NCBI GenBank assembly: GCA_027010265.1 | Contig: JALVCE010000116.1 | Span: forward strand, 1,626 to 65,625 | From: Chromatiales bacterium | GTDB taxonomy: Bacteria; Pseudomonadota; Gammaproteobacteria; SZUA-152 | Length of the DNA stretch: 64,000 bases | Direction of reading: 5' to 3' | Shown here: positions 39,832 through 49,403 of the stretch, in pieces | Layout: every line of letters starts with the position of its first letter | Numbering within the stretch: the first letter of the stretch is position 1 | Notes under the pieces: generated by a model | Seen by the model: only the letters and a program-made list of their open reading frames with translations | What the model was told of the DNA's origin: nothing | Database searches by the model: none | Made by a program: the position numbers and the translations under genes

Positions 39832-40521
39832 CTAAAACTTCTTCCTCAACCGCATCACATTGCCATCGCGCTGAATCTCCAGCCGCCCCAGGAACGACAT
39901 CCCCAACAGGGTCTGTACCGGGAAGCCGCTATCGATCACCACGGCCGGCACATTGTGCTGGCTGATACCGCCCACCATTACCTTGTCGAGGGTCACCCTG
40001 TAGGCCTTGCTCATGCCGGATGCAGTGCCTACGAAGGTGGGTTCACCCTTCACAAGGTAGTCGATGCCCAGGCGTCTGGCCTGATGGGCATTCATGGCGA
40101 TGGTGGAGGCGCCGGTGTCCACGAGGAAGGAAACGGGCAGACCATTGATGCTGCCCACGGTGGAATACATGCCCCGGTTGTTCTTGGCAATCACCACTTC
40201 GCTACTGCTGCGCGCCTTGTACTGGGGTGTGACAGAGTAGCTGTCACCCAGCCCCAGTCGGCGGGTTTTGCCATCGATGGACACCTTCACCCAGTCCTCA
40301 CCGATGCGCAGTATCCGGATGCCCTGTTGGCTCCCCTGGCGGGCGGAAAGCATCAGCCGCTGGCCATCGACCAGCAACAGTGCCTTGTTGCCCAGAATGC
40401 CCTGTAACATGACTTGCCGGGCCGTGGGACGTTCGTCCGCCTGAGACGTCGCTACACACACACTGAATAAGACTGATAGAATCGTCGATAGCCAGACACG
40501 CATCCATTGCTTCTTTTTCAT
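39832..40521 (-). CDS. retropepsin-like (clan AA) aspartic protease, secreted or membrane-anchored
   Basis: Signal/anchor MKKKQWMRVWLSTILSVLFSV. FLVDTGASTIAMN active-site motif. C-terminal LGMSFLGRL. Confidence 0.82.
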   Translation of the reverse strand: MKKKQWMRVWLSTILSVLFSVCVATSQADERPTARQVMLQGILGNKALLLVDGQRLMLSARQGSQQGIRILRIGEDWVKVSIDGKTRRLGLGDSYSVTPQYKARSSSEVVIAKNNRGMYSTVGSINGLPVSFLVDTGASTIAMNAHQARRLGIDYLVKGEPTFVGTASGMSKAYRVTLDKVMVGGISQHNVPAVVIDSGFPVQTLLGMSFLGRLEIQRDGNVMRLRKKF

Positions 40522-40540
40522 TGTTGATTCAGGTCGCATC

Positions 40541-41257
40541 ATGAAACCCATTCGCATTTTCCGTCACATCGCCTGCGAAGGCCCCGGCTACTTCGGCACC
40601 TTCCTGGAAAAGCATAACATCCCTTTCGAGCTGGTGCGCATCGACGCCGGAGAGACCCCGCCGGACACCATCGACGATATCAGCGGCCTGGTGTTCATGG
40701 GTGGCCCCATGAGCGTCAACGATGACTTGCCGTGGATCCCCCAGGAACTGGCGTTGATCCGGCAGGCCGTGGACACTGGCCTGCCGGTGCTGGGCCATTG
40801 CCTGGGCGGGCAGCTCATCAGCAAGGCGCTGGGCGGGGAGATCAGCGCCAATCCGGTGAAAGAGATCGGCTGGTTGCCGGTGCAAAAGATTCCCGGCCCG
40901 CAGGCGGACCACTGGCTGGAAGGCTTCACGGACAACACGGAACTGTTCCACTGGCATGGGGAGACCTTTTCCATTCCCGAGGGCGCCAGCGCCATCCTGC
41001 GCAGCGAGCACTGTGATCATCAGGGGTTCGTCATCGGTAACACTCTGGCCCTGCAATGCCATGTGGAGATGACTGGGGAGATGGTGGACGAGTGGGCGAC
41101 GCTGTACAGCGACGAACTCAACAACCCTGCGCCGACGGTGCAAGATCAGGATGAGATAACGAGAAACCTGGATGAACGGGTAAAGAGATTGCAGGCAGTG
41201 GCGGATGCACTATACCTGCGGTGGTTGCAGCCTGTGTCCCCAGGCCGCGACAATTGA
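40541..41257 (+). CDS. class I glutamine amidotransferase-like protein
   Basis: LVFMGGPMSVND, the VLGHCLGGQL nucleophile elbow, and QCHVE. Confidence 0.82.
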   Translation: MKPIRIFRHIACEGPGYFGTFLEKHNIPFELVRIDAGETPPDTIDDISGLVFMGGPMSVNDDLPWIPQELALIRQAVDTGLPVLGHCLGGQLISKALGGEISANPVKEIGWLPVQKIPGPQADHWLEGFTDNTELFHWHGETFSIPEGASAILRSEHCDHQGFVIGNTLALQCHVEMTGEMVDEWATLYSDELNNPAPTVQDQDEITRNLDERVKRLQAVADALYLRWLQPVSPGRDN

Positions 41258-41258
41258 A

Positions 41259-41459
41259 TCAGGATTTACCCGAAGGTGTCTTGGCGGTGGCGAGGCTTGT
41301 GGCCTTCAACGGCGTCATCTGAGTCTGCGTATTGGCATCATCCACCGACACCTGGGTGGCCGCACGGGGTGAGGCCTGGGTGGACATGGTGATCACCACA
41401 CCGAAGATCACCACCAGCAGCAAAACCGTCATCGGATCCAGTTTGGCTAAGAATTTCAT
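41259..41459 (-). CDS. hypothetical small membrane protein (66 aa)
   Basis: Single TM (MTVLLLVVIFGVVITM). Weak RBS. Coding status uncertain. Confidence 0.35.
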   Translation of the reverse strand: MKFLAKLDPMTVLLLVVIFGVVITMSTQASPRAATQVSVDDANTQTQMTPLKATSLATAKTPSGKS

Positions 41460-41636
41460 TTTTCTGACCCCTGATGTCCTTCTTTAATGTTTGCGTCGCA
41501 AACAGTTTCTTTTATTACACAGTCAATGTCGGCTGTGCAGACGCTCCTCCGCGTGATGGTGCACACAGCCGGTTTGTGGCATACGTCACATTTCCATAGA
41601 AAAATAGCGGCATCTTCGCCTTTTTCTTGAAACATT

Positions 41637-42608
41637 TTATTGGGGTGGCAGCACAAAGCCGCGGGAGACCTCCCGCCAGGCACCGGATTGCCGGGCCAGT
41701 TCGACCACCAGCAGCGGGCGCGGCGAGGCAACCCGACTGGAACAAAAATGCCTGTGGCAGTGATCCCCCAGGGCCGCCTCATCGAGCACGTCCGCCGATG
41801 CTTCACTCAGACACAGGGACGATAACCAGCGGTCCTTGGGCAACACCATCCAGCGCCTGTCCGCCAATGCTCCCGGCAGTGCCGTCTCACCCCAGTGCAG
41901 CCACCAGCCTCGCAGATGATCCAATGACAGTTCACAGGCAGGCACAGCTACGGCCGTGTATGCCTCCCGTGTTCCCTCCCCGTCCAGTGGATAAAACAAA
42001 TAACCTTTGATAAACGCCGCTGCCTCAACACCCTTGTCAGCCAGGGCTGGGGTCACGGCCTGCGCTTCGGGGCATTGTGACAAATGGAGTTGATGCTGGA
42101 ACATGCGCTGCAGTTTGAGGTCCAGTCGATCCCTGCCCTCCGGCCCCACCCAACGCTGCTCACCGTTATCCATGGTCTTCAGCAGGTAAAATTTCACCGT
42201 GGCCTCCCAGTGCTGCAGGGGCCCGTCGGGTTGAAAACGAAACAGAAAGTCAAAAGCACCCAGGGTCTGTTTTCCACTGCCCGTCTGCTCCCGGGATACC
42301 GGCAGGTTGTGTTGCAGGTCTTCGACGCGGAGGATGTCCCGCAACCAGTAAAGCATCAGCTGTTCGAAATAAATCCCCAGGCGCTGGCTCCTGCACTGCG
42401 CCAGGGCCTTTTGCAAAGGGGCCGGGTTGTTATCCAACGCAGACAGATCGTCGTGGTGTCGGATCAATACCTCGCGGCACCAGTCATCGCTGACCAGCGT
42501 TTGTGGCGCACACTGCAACAGACCGGGCGAGGCCATTACCCAGGCGAGATCACGCACCACGGAATGGGTATAGGGCAGTACTGAAAATGACTGTCGCTCT
42601 TTGTCCAT
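41637..42608 (-). CDS. DUF1853-family protein (putative PD-(D/E)xK-like fold)
   Basis: 323 aa. RDLAWVMASPGLL, LGIYFEQLMLYWL and GAFDFLF...HWEATVKFYL resemble DUF1853 as I recall it. Assignment is tentative. Confidence 0.6.
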   Translation of the reverse strand: MDKERQSFSVLPYTHSVVRDLAWVMASPGLLQCAPQTLVSDDWCREVLIRHHDDLSALDNNPAPLQKALAQCRSQRLGIYFEQLMLYWLRDILRVEDLQHNLPVSREQTGSGKQTLGAFDFLFRFQPDGPLQHWEATVKFYLLKTMDNGEQRWVGPEGRDRLDLKLQRMFQHQLHLSQCPEAQAVTPALADKGVEAAAFIKGYLFYPLDGEGTREAYTAVAVPACELSLDHLRGWWLHWGETALPGALADRRWMVLPKDRWLSSLCLSEASADVLDEAALGDHCHRHFCSSRVASPRPLLVVELARQSGAWREVSRGFVLPPQ

Positions 42609-42698
42609 CGGTTATCCTGTCCAGCGGGCCGGCTGTATCTTGCCGCCTGCCGGAGGGACGCGTATCCTCGGCGACACGTCAGCGAGGATGATTTTGCC

Positions 42699-45600
42699 AT
42701 GCACTGTGAAAAATGTGGATTCGAGAATCCGGAAGGAATGCGTTTTTGCGGCCAGTGCGCCACACCCTTGAAACGCACCTGTCCCAGTTGCGGCTTCGCC
42801 AACCCTTTCGATTTCGAATTCTGCGGACAATGCGCCACCCGACTCGATCCAGCAGCTGAGGCATTGCCCACCAGCGCGGTAACGCCCACCCAGCAAAACG
42901 CCGAACGCCGCCAGCTCACAGTGTTGTTCTGCGACATCATCGGCTCCTCCGCCCTGTCCGAACGCATCGACCCGGAAGAGCTGCGCGACATCATGCGCGA
43001 CTACCGCAACACCTGCAATGAAATCGTCAGCCGCTACGATGGCTATGTGGCCCAATACCTGGGGGATGGCGTGCTTGTCTACTTCGGCTACCCCCACGCC
43101 CATGAAGACGACGCCCAACGCGCCGCCCTGGCGGCACTGGAAATCATCAAACGCATCCCGCAACACGTATACCCGGTGCAGCAGGGAGTGGATGTGCAAC
43201 TGGCGGTGCGGGTGGGCATCAACACAGGCCTGGTGGTGGTGGGTGAACTGGGTGGCGGTGACAAGCGTTCCATGGCCCTGGGGGAGACTCCCAACATCGC
43301 CGCGCGTCTGCAGGAGATCGCCACGCCCAATACGGTGGTCGTCAGCCAGAGCACTCACCAGTTGCTGGGCGAACGTTTTGCCTGCCAGTCACTGGGCACC
43401 CACACCCTCAAGGGTTTCTCCCATGCCTTCGAGCTGTTTCAGGTACAGCAGGCGCAACGCAAACGCAGCAAGCAGAATGAACAGCCAACGCATGCCGGGC
43501 TGATCGGTCGTGAGCAGGAAACCAGCCTGTTGATCGAACGACTCAACCAGGCGCGCAAGGGCGTCGGCCAGATTGTCCTGCTCAGTGGCGAACCCGGCCT
43601 GGGCAAGACGCGCATGGTACAGATGATTTGTAACCGGGTCGACCGGGAAAGCTGTCTGTTTCTTGATTGCTATGGTGCCCCTTATTATAAAAACAGTTTT
43701 CTTTACCCGGTGATGGACATGGTGCGGCGTATCATCGGCCTGCAGGATGAAAGCGATCCACAACAACAAATCTCACTCATCGAACAAACCGTGGCCACTC
43801 TGGGACTGGATGCCAACGCCATTACTCCGGTACTGGCGGACCTGTTGTCCATACCTCACCCCGAAGGCAACAACGCCTTGGTCAGTAGTACGCCCCAACA
43901 ACGAAAACAACAAACATTCGATGCCTTGATCTCACTATTAAATGCCGTAGCCCATCAGCGATTCATTCTGCTGGTGGTGGAAGACCTGCAATGGGTGGAT
44001 CCCTCCACCATCGAGTTGCTGTCCCTGCTGGTGGAACAACCCGGCCTGACCAACATCTTCGCCCTGATCACCTTCCGCAGTGACTTTGCCCCTCCCTGGA
44101 AAAGCCACGCCAGCCTCACCCAAGTGACCCTCAACCGCCTCACCCAAAAACAATCCGGCAGCATGATCAAGCAACTCTGCGGGCAAAAGATGCTACCCGT
44201 GGAGGTGTTTAACGAAATCATCAACAAGACCGACGGGATCCCGTTTTTCGTGGAAGAGTTCACCAACGCCGTGCTGCGTTCCTCACTGTTACAGGAAAAG
44301 GACTCTCATTTCGAACTCAATCACGACATGGCGCAACTGGGCATCCCCAGCACCCTGCAGGATTCATTGATGTCGCGCCTGGACGATCTCGGGGAGGACA
44401 AAGAACTGGCACAACTCAGCGCCACCCTGGGACGGGAATTTACTTATGAATTGCTCCATGCCGCCACCCTGCAGAATGAATCCAGCCTGCGCGCCGGCAT
44501 GGGACGACTCATCAATGCTGAACTTTTTTTCCAACACGGCCAACCACCCAAGGCCATGTACCGTTTTCAGCATGCACTGCTGCGTGAGGCAGCCTACCAG
44601 TCACTGCTAAAACGTACCCGACAACAATATCACGAACGCATATCCACCCTGATCAAGGAACGGTTTCCCCAGGTTGTCGCCGATAACCCTGAAATCCTCG
44701 CCCACCATTACACCGAGGCCGGCAACCCTGAAGCGGCACTGCAATACTGGCTGGCCGCAGGGCGTTATGCCATGCAGCGCTCTGCCAACGTCGAGGCCGT
44801 GGCCCATCTCAGCAAGGGCCTGGCCCTGATCAGCGAGTTGCCGGTGACACCCCAACTGAACATGCAGGAACTTGCCCTGCAGACCAACCTGGGGCTGGCC
44901 ATCATGATGAGCAAGGGTTATGCCGCCCCCGAGGCCGAACAGGCCTACGCCCGCGCCTATCACCTGTGCCACAGCATCAGCGACAGCAAGACCGTGCTTC
45001 CCGTACTCTGCGGCCTGTGGGAATTCCACATCGTGCGTGCCGAACTGGACGAGGCCCAAAAAATTTCCGAGGAGATCCAGCACATCGCCGAGCAATCCAA
45101 AACGCAGGAATTTTTACTGGAAGCCAAACGAGTGCTGGGCACCACCCTGTTCTGGCAGGGGCATTTTTCCGATGCTCTGCAAAACCTTGAGGTCCACGTT
45201 GACACGAAAAACAGCAAGACCGCCCCGCATTCAAAACTGGTTGCCTACAGCCAGGACACCCAGGTGGCCTCGTTGGCCAATGCCGCCTGCATTCTCTGGC
45301 TGCTGGGCGATACGGAACAGGCCCTTGAGCGGGGCATCGCAGCATTGGATCTGGCCAAGCGTCTGGCCCATCCTTTCTCCCAGGCCTATGCCCTGCACTT
45401 CATGGGCACCCTGTCACAATTGTGTGACGATAAAGACGCCACTTATCGTTATGCCGATGCACAAATCGCCCTCAGTGACACTTACGGATTTTCCTTCTGG
45501 GCCGCCACCGGTCACATGCTACAGGCATGGGCGGAATCACCCGAACAGCCGGCGGACAAGGTCTGTGAACGTTTCCAAAATGCCCTGGCCGACTATGAGC

Positions 45601-45929
45601 GATCCGGCAACCGCCTGGCGCGCTCCTATTTCCAGGCCCTGCTCGCCGACTTATTGCGCACCGCCGGACATCATGAGTCCGCGTGTCAAACCATTGAATC
45701 AGCACTACGGGAATCCGCCTTTACCGGGGAGGGTTTTTTTACCGCAGAGCTGCTACGCCTACGCGGTGAGCTGGCGGCAGCCAGCGATGGGCAGGACATC
45801 ACCTCCGCAGAGCAATTCCTGGAGGAGGCACTGGAGGTGGCCCGGCAACAAGGCGCCAAGGCACTCATTCAACGCTGTGAGACCAGCATGGCGGGCATTA
45901 ACCAAAGCACCGTGCAACACACACATTAG
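42699..45929 (+). CDS. double zinc-ribbon / class III nucleotide cyclase / AAA(STAND) ATPase / TPR protein
   Basis: 1076 aa. CEKCGFENPEGMRFCGQC and CPSCGFANPFDFEFCGQC. Cyclase core RRQLTVLFCDIIGSS...YLGDGVLVYFG...VRVGINTGLVVVGE...GETPNIAARLQ. Walker A LLSGEPGLGKTRM and Walker B ILLVVEDLQWVD. C-terminal TPR-like helical repeats. Confidence 0.88.
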   Translation: MHCEKCGFENPEGMRFCGQCATPLKRTCPSCGFANPFDFEFCGQCATRLDPAAEALPTSAVTPTQQNAERRQLTVLFCDIIGSSALSERIDPEELRDIMRDYRNTCNEIVSRYDGYVAQYLGDGVLVYFGYPHAHEDDAQRAALAALEIIKRIPQHVYPVQQGVDVQLAVRVGINTGLVVVGELGGGDKRSMALGETPNIAARLQEIATPNTVVVSQSTHQLLGERFACQSLGTHTLKGFSHAFELFQVQQAQRKRSKQNEQPTHAGLIGREQETSLLIERLNQARKGVGQIVLLSGEPGLGKTRMVQMICNRVDRESCLFLDCYGAPYYKNSFLYPVMDMVRRIIGLQDESDPQQQISLIEQTVATLGLDANAITPVLADLLSIPHPEGNNALVSSTPQQRKQQTFDALISLLNAVAHQRFILLVVEDLQWVDPSTIELLSLLVEQPGLTNIFALITFRSDFAPPWKSHASLTQVTLNRLTQKQSGSMIKQLCGQKMLPVEVFNEIINKTDGIPFFVEEFTNAVLRSSLLQEKDSHFELNHDMAQLGIPSTLQDSLMSRLDDLGEDKELAQLSATLGREFTYELLHAATLQNESSLRAGMGRLINAELFFQHGQPPKAMYRFQHALLREAAYQSLLKRTRQQYHERISTLIKERFPQVVADNPEILAHHYTEAGNPEAALQYWLAAGRYAMQRSANVEAVAHLSKGLALISELPVTPQLNMQELALQTNLGLAIMMSKGYAAPEAEQAYARAYHLCHSISDSKTVLPVLCGLWEFHIVRAELDEAQKISEEIQHIAEQSKTQEFLLEAKRVLGTTLFWQGHFSDALQNLEVHVDTKNSKTAPHSKLVAYSQDTQVASLANAACILWLLGDTEQALERGIAALDLAKRLAHPFSQAYALHFMGTLSQLCDDKDATYRYADAQIALSDTYGFSFWAATGHMLQAWAESPEQPADKVCERFQNALADYERSGNRLARSYFQALLADLLRTAGHHESACQTIESALRESAFTGEGFFTAELLRLRGELAAASDGQDITSAEQFLEEALEVARQQGAKALIQRCETSMAGINQSTVQHTH

Positions 45930-46339
45930 CTCACCGGGTGCCTCAATCCGCCCTTGAATCAACAGCCACTGAACTTCAGTGGCAAACACGCCCGTTTCTT
46001 GTCGCCGCATGAAAAAGACTCTCTATGCTGTTGAAAACCGGGCAAAAGCATTCCCACCACCTTGCTTAATCCGCCTCCTCCGCCCTGCATTCTTCGCCTC
46101 TTCATTTTGAGCGGCACACACTGCCGTACCTGGCATCATCACAAAACTTAAAGCACAACATATCACGGACGATAAGTAATAGTAATCACGCAAGATTTCT
46201 GTAAACGCAGTACGTGAAATCATGTAACCGGGACATTACCGGATACACGCAGGTATTCACACAGACAGACCCAACTCCGCAAAGGCATGCAATGATGTAC
46301 AACACCCTCACAACAATACCATCACGTTTCCGCTCATCC

Positions 46340-47587
46340 ATGAAACACTGCCTGTTGTCTGTCGGCATCTTCCTGCTCGTACCGGGTATGCTTTCAGCCG
46401 CCTCCCAGCCCATGGTCGGAACCACCAGCCAGCACATCAACACCCGCTCCTTTCACGAAACCACGGAACTGGCGGAGACCCTGTGGGCAGACCTCACTAA
46501 CCGTTTTGTGGGCTATTATGAAAAAGGGGATTTGACCAATGCCTTGCTGGTTGCCCAGCGTGCCTACGAGATCGCCAACAATAATTTTGGCCTGGAAGAC
46601 GTCAATACCGCGGACGCCTTGCTAAAGCTGGGTATCGTCCACCAAACCCTGGGAAAACTCATTCAGGCGGAAGACGAGCTGCTGGGTTCACTGGTTATCC
46701 TTGAGGAAAAACTCAGCCCGGATCACCCGGATGTGGCCGTGGTGATGACCAACCTGGGTAATGTGTATTTTGATTTACAACGTCCCGAGGAATCTGAAAA
46801 ATATCATCAGCAGGCACGACAGATTCGTATCAACGCCTTTGGTGAAAGTGATCCTTCGGTGGCACAGTCCACGTACAACCTGGCTGTGTTGTACGAGAAT
46901 CAACAGGATTATGACAAGGCCGCGAACTATTATCGTCAGGCTATCGACTCATGGTCGGCCAGTATCGGCCCCACACACCCCTATGTGGGCAATGCCTTGA
47001 ACAACCTGGCGAATATCTACAATATCCAGAATAAATACGCACAGGCCGCCAGCGTCTTGCAACGTACCCTGGACTTCAAGAAATCCGTGTATGGCGCACG
47101 TCATGAAGAAGTGGCGCAAACCCTTATCAGCCTGGGCACCAATTATCTCGAACAGGGTGCCTATCGCCCTGCAAGCAACGCCTATGAAGAGGCCTTGGAT
47201 ATTGCCCAGCGCGTGCTTCCGGCCTCCGATCCGCAACTTGCGTTGTTGATGTACACCCTGGCCAACATCTATCACACCCGGGCGCGCATTGAAGAACAGA
47301 ACCAGCAGAGAAATGCCTCGGGTGATACGGCTTCTTCAGGCGCCGTAGCAAACAGCAAGGTTTCCATGACAACGGTCGGCAACAATTCGCACACCACCAC
47401 GCTGTTCGCCCAGGCCCTGCCCCTGTATGAAAAGGCTGTGGAAATACTTGACGCCGGCAGCAAGACAGGGGAACCTGAAGCCCAGTCTGCACTGGACGTA
47501 GTGCTCAGCGAACTGGCCATGCTGTATCAGGAGATTGGCAACAAGGACATGGCACAGGCAACGAAATTACGTATCGCTACCCACTAG
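46340..47587 (+). CDS. secreted tetratricopeptide-repeat protein (TPR_10/12 type)
   Basis: Signal peptide MKHCLLSVGIFLLVPGMLSAAS. Repeats such as NLGNVYFDLQRPEESEKYHQQA, NLAVLYENQQDYDKAANYYRQA and NLANIYNIQNKYAQAASVLQRT. Start uncertain (46214, 46291 or 46340). Confidence 0.75.
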   Translation: MKHCLLSVGIFLLVPGMLSAASQPMVGTTSQHINTRSFHETTELAETLWADLTNRFVGYYEKGDLTNALLVAQRAYEIANNNFGLEDVNTADALLKLGIVHQTLGKLIQAEDELLGSLVILEEKLSPDHPDVAVVMTNLGNVYFDLQRPEESEKYHQQARQIRINAFGESDPSVAQSTYNLAVLYENQQDYDKAANYYRQAIDSWSASIGPTHPYVGNALNNLANIYNIQNKYAQAASVLQRTLDFKKSVYGARHEEVAQTLISLGTNYLEQGAYRPASNAYEEALDIAQRVLPASDPQLALLMYTLANIYHTRARIEEQNQQRNASGDTASSGAVANSKVSMTTVGNNSHTTTLFAQALPLYEKAVEILDAGSKTGEPEAQSALDVVLSELAMLYQEIGNKDMAQATKLRIATH

Positions 47588-47648
47588 GATCAGCCCAAGC
47601 CCGGGACGCAGGCCCCTGTAAATCGCTGAACGAAACGGTGAGCGACTC

Positions 47649-47999
47649 ATGCGCGAATTGACCCTTTCCATCTGCTCCTCTCTGGCGCCAGCAGAACCCC
47701 TCTGGCAACGCGCACCCACCGTGGATGAAACCGGCCAGCGCCTGAGCGACTTCATGATGCTCATACCCAAACTGGGCAAACGCCCGCAACAGCAGATCAA
47801 ACAGATCCTCGAGCAGCTACAACGGGTTATCGACGATTACCACAAGGCCGTGGTGTTTGTGGATCTGAACCTGAAACTCAACGTGTTGTGGGTGAGCGTC
47901 AAGCCCGTACCCGGCATCTGCCTGGAACTGCCGGCGGCCATAAAGGCTCGGATCCCCGAGGCCCTGCTCATCGGCCAGCCACCCCGCCCCACGCAATAA
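47649..47999 (+). CDS. hypothetical protein (116 aa)
   Basis: ORF with plausible codon usage, convergent with metZ. No family recognised. Confidence 0.45.
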   Translation: MRELTLSICSSLAPAEPLWQRAPTVDETGQRLSDFMMLIPKLGKRPQQQIKQILEQLQRVIDDYHKAVVFVDLNLKLNVLWVSVKPVPGICLELPAAIKARIPEALLIGQPPRPTQ

Positions 48000-48005
48000 C
48001 TATGG

Positions 48006-49190
48006 TCAGGCCAGGCCGCGCGCCAGATCGGCCTGGATATCCTCGATGGCCTCCAGGCCCACCGCGATACGCACCAGCCCGTCACTGACCCCCGCCTCGG
48101 CGCGCGCCGCGGGATCCACCCGGCCATGGGTGGTAGTGGCCGGATGGGTAATGGTGGACTTGGTATCCCCCAGGTTGGCGGTGATGGACAGCAGCCGGGT
48201 ATTGTCGATCAGCTTCCACGCCGCCTTTTGCCCCCCCTTCACCTCGAAGGACAACACCCCGCCGCCGGCACTCTGCTGGCGCGCCGCCAGCTCGAATTGC
48301 GGATGAGACTTCAGGCCGGGATAATTCACCCGGGCGATGGCCGGCTGCGCCTCCAACCACTGGGCCAGGGCCAAGGCGTTACGGCTGTGCGCCTCCATGC
48401 GAATGCGCAGGGTCTCCAGGCCCTTCAAAAACACCCAGGCATTGAACGGGCTCAGATTGGTGCCACCGGTGCGCACCACGCCATAGATGTCACCGCCCAC
48501 ACAATCCTCCGTGCCCACGATGGCGCCGCCGATGCAGCGCCCCTGGCCATCGATGTACTTGGTGGCGGAATGGATGATGATATCCGCGCCAAATTCCAGC
48601 GGCCGCTGTAAGGCCGGACTGCAAAAGGCATTGTCCACCACCAGCAGGCAGCCATGGGCATGGGCCAGGTCCGCCAGGGCCTGGATGTCGGCAATCTCGG
48701 TGAGCGGGTTGGACGGTGTTTCCAGAAACAGGATCTTGGTTTCCGGGCGGATCGCCGCCTCCCAGGCGGCCAGGTCCGTCAACGGCACATAAGTGGTGTC
48801 CACGCCAAACCTGGCGATAATGTTATTGAACAACACTACCGTGGAGCCAAAGATGGCCCGCGACGAAACGATGTGATCCCCCGCTTGCAACAACCCCAGA
48901 CAGGTGGTGAGGATGGCCCCCATGCCGGACGAGGTGGCCACGCAGCGCTCCCCCCCCTCCAGCGCCGCCAGGCGTTGCTCGAAGGTGCGCACCGTGGGAT
49001 TGGTGAAGCGCGAATAGATATTTCCCGGCTCCTCGCCGGAAAAACGCGCCGCCGCCTGTGCCGCGCTCTCGTACACATAACTGGAAGTGGTGAAGATGGC
49101 CTCGCCCTGCTCGCCCTCGTTGGTGCGCACATGGCCGGCGCGCACCGCCAGGGTGTCCAGCCGGTAATGGGGTTCCTTATCCTGTGACAT
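48006..49190 (-). CDS. metZ: O-succinylhomoserine sulfhydrylase (Cys/Met PLP enzyme)
   Basis: Start at MSQDKEPHYRLDTLAVRAG. YSRFTNPTV and the HSATKYIDGQGR PLP-Lys. Next to purF, as in Pseudomonas. Confidence 0.88.
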   Translation of the reverse strand: MSQDKEPHYRLDTLAVRAGHVRTNEGEQGEAIFTTSSYVYESAAQAAARFSGEEPGNIYSRFTNPTVRTFEQRLAALEGGERCVATSSGMGAILTTCLGLLQAGDHIVSSRAIFGSTVVLFNNIIARFGVDTTYVPLTDLAAWEAAIRPETKILFLETPSNPLTEIADIQALADLAHAHGCLLVVDNAFCSPALQRPLEFGADIIIHSATKYIDGQGRCIGGAIVGTEDCVGGDIYGVVRTGGTNLSPFNAWVFLKGLETLRIRMEAHSRNALALAQWLEAQPAIARVNYPGLKSHPQFELAARQQSAGGGVLSFEVKGGQKAAWKLIDNTRLLSITANLGDTKSTITHPATTTHGRVDPAARAEAGVSDGLVRIAVGLEAIEDIQADLARGLA

Positions 49191-49378
49191 GTCTCGCCTC
49201 GTTCGTGTAAGGGTGTCTGCCGCTATCTGCGGACACAAAAAAACCTGCTCAGCCAGCGCCAAAGCAGGTCATCGAATCCGTTGCCTCGCTTTAGCCGTAT
49301 TTATTTCGCGCCCGCAAGCTGATCGTCAAATCGGCGCGTGAGGAAAAGAGTAGTCAAACAAACGCAGAGCGTCAACCT

Positions 49379-49399
49379 TTTCTCTTTTCTCTTTCCCCT
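49379..49399. repeat. pyrimidine heptamer array (TTTCTCT TTTCTCT TTCCCCT)
   Basis: Just downstream of the purF stop. A partial complement GAGGAAAAGAG lies 30 nt away at 49340-50. Confidence 0.7.
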
Positions 49400-49403
49400 G
49401 CCC

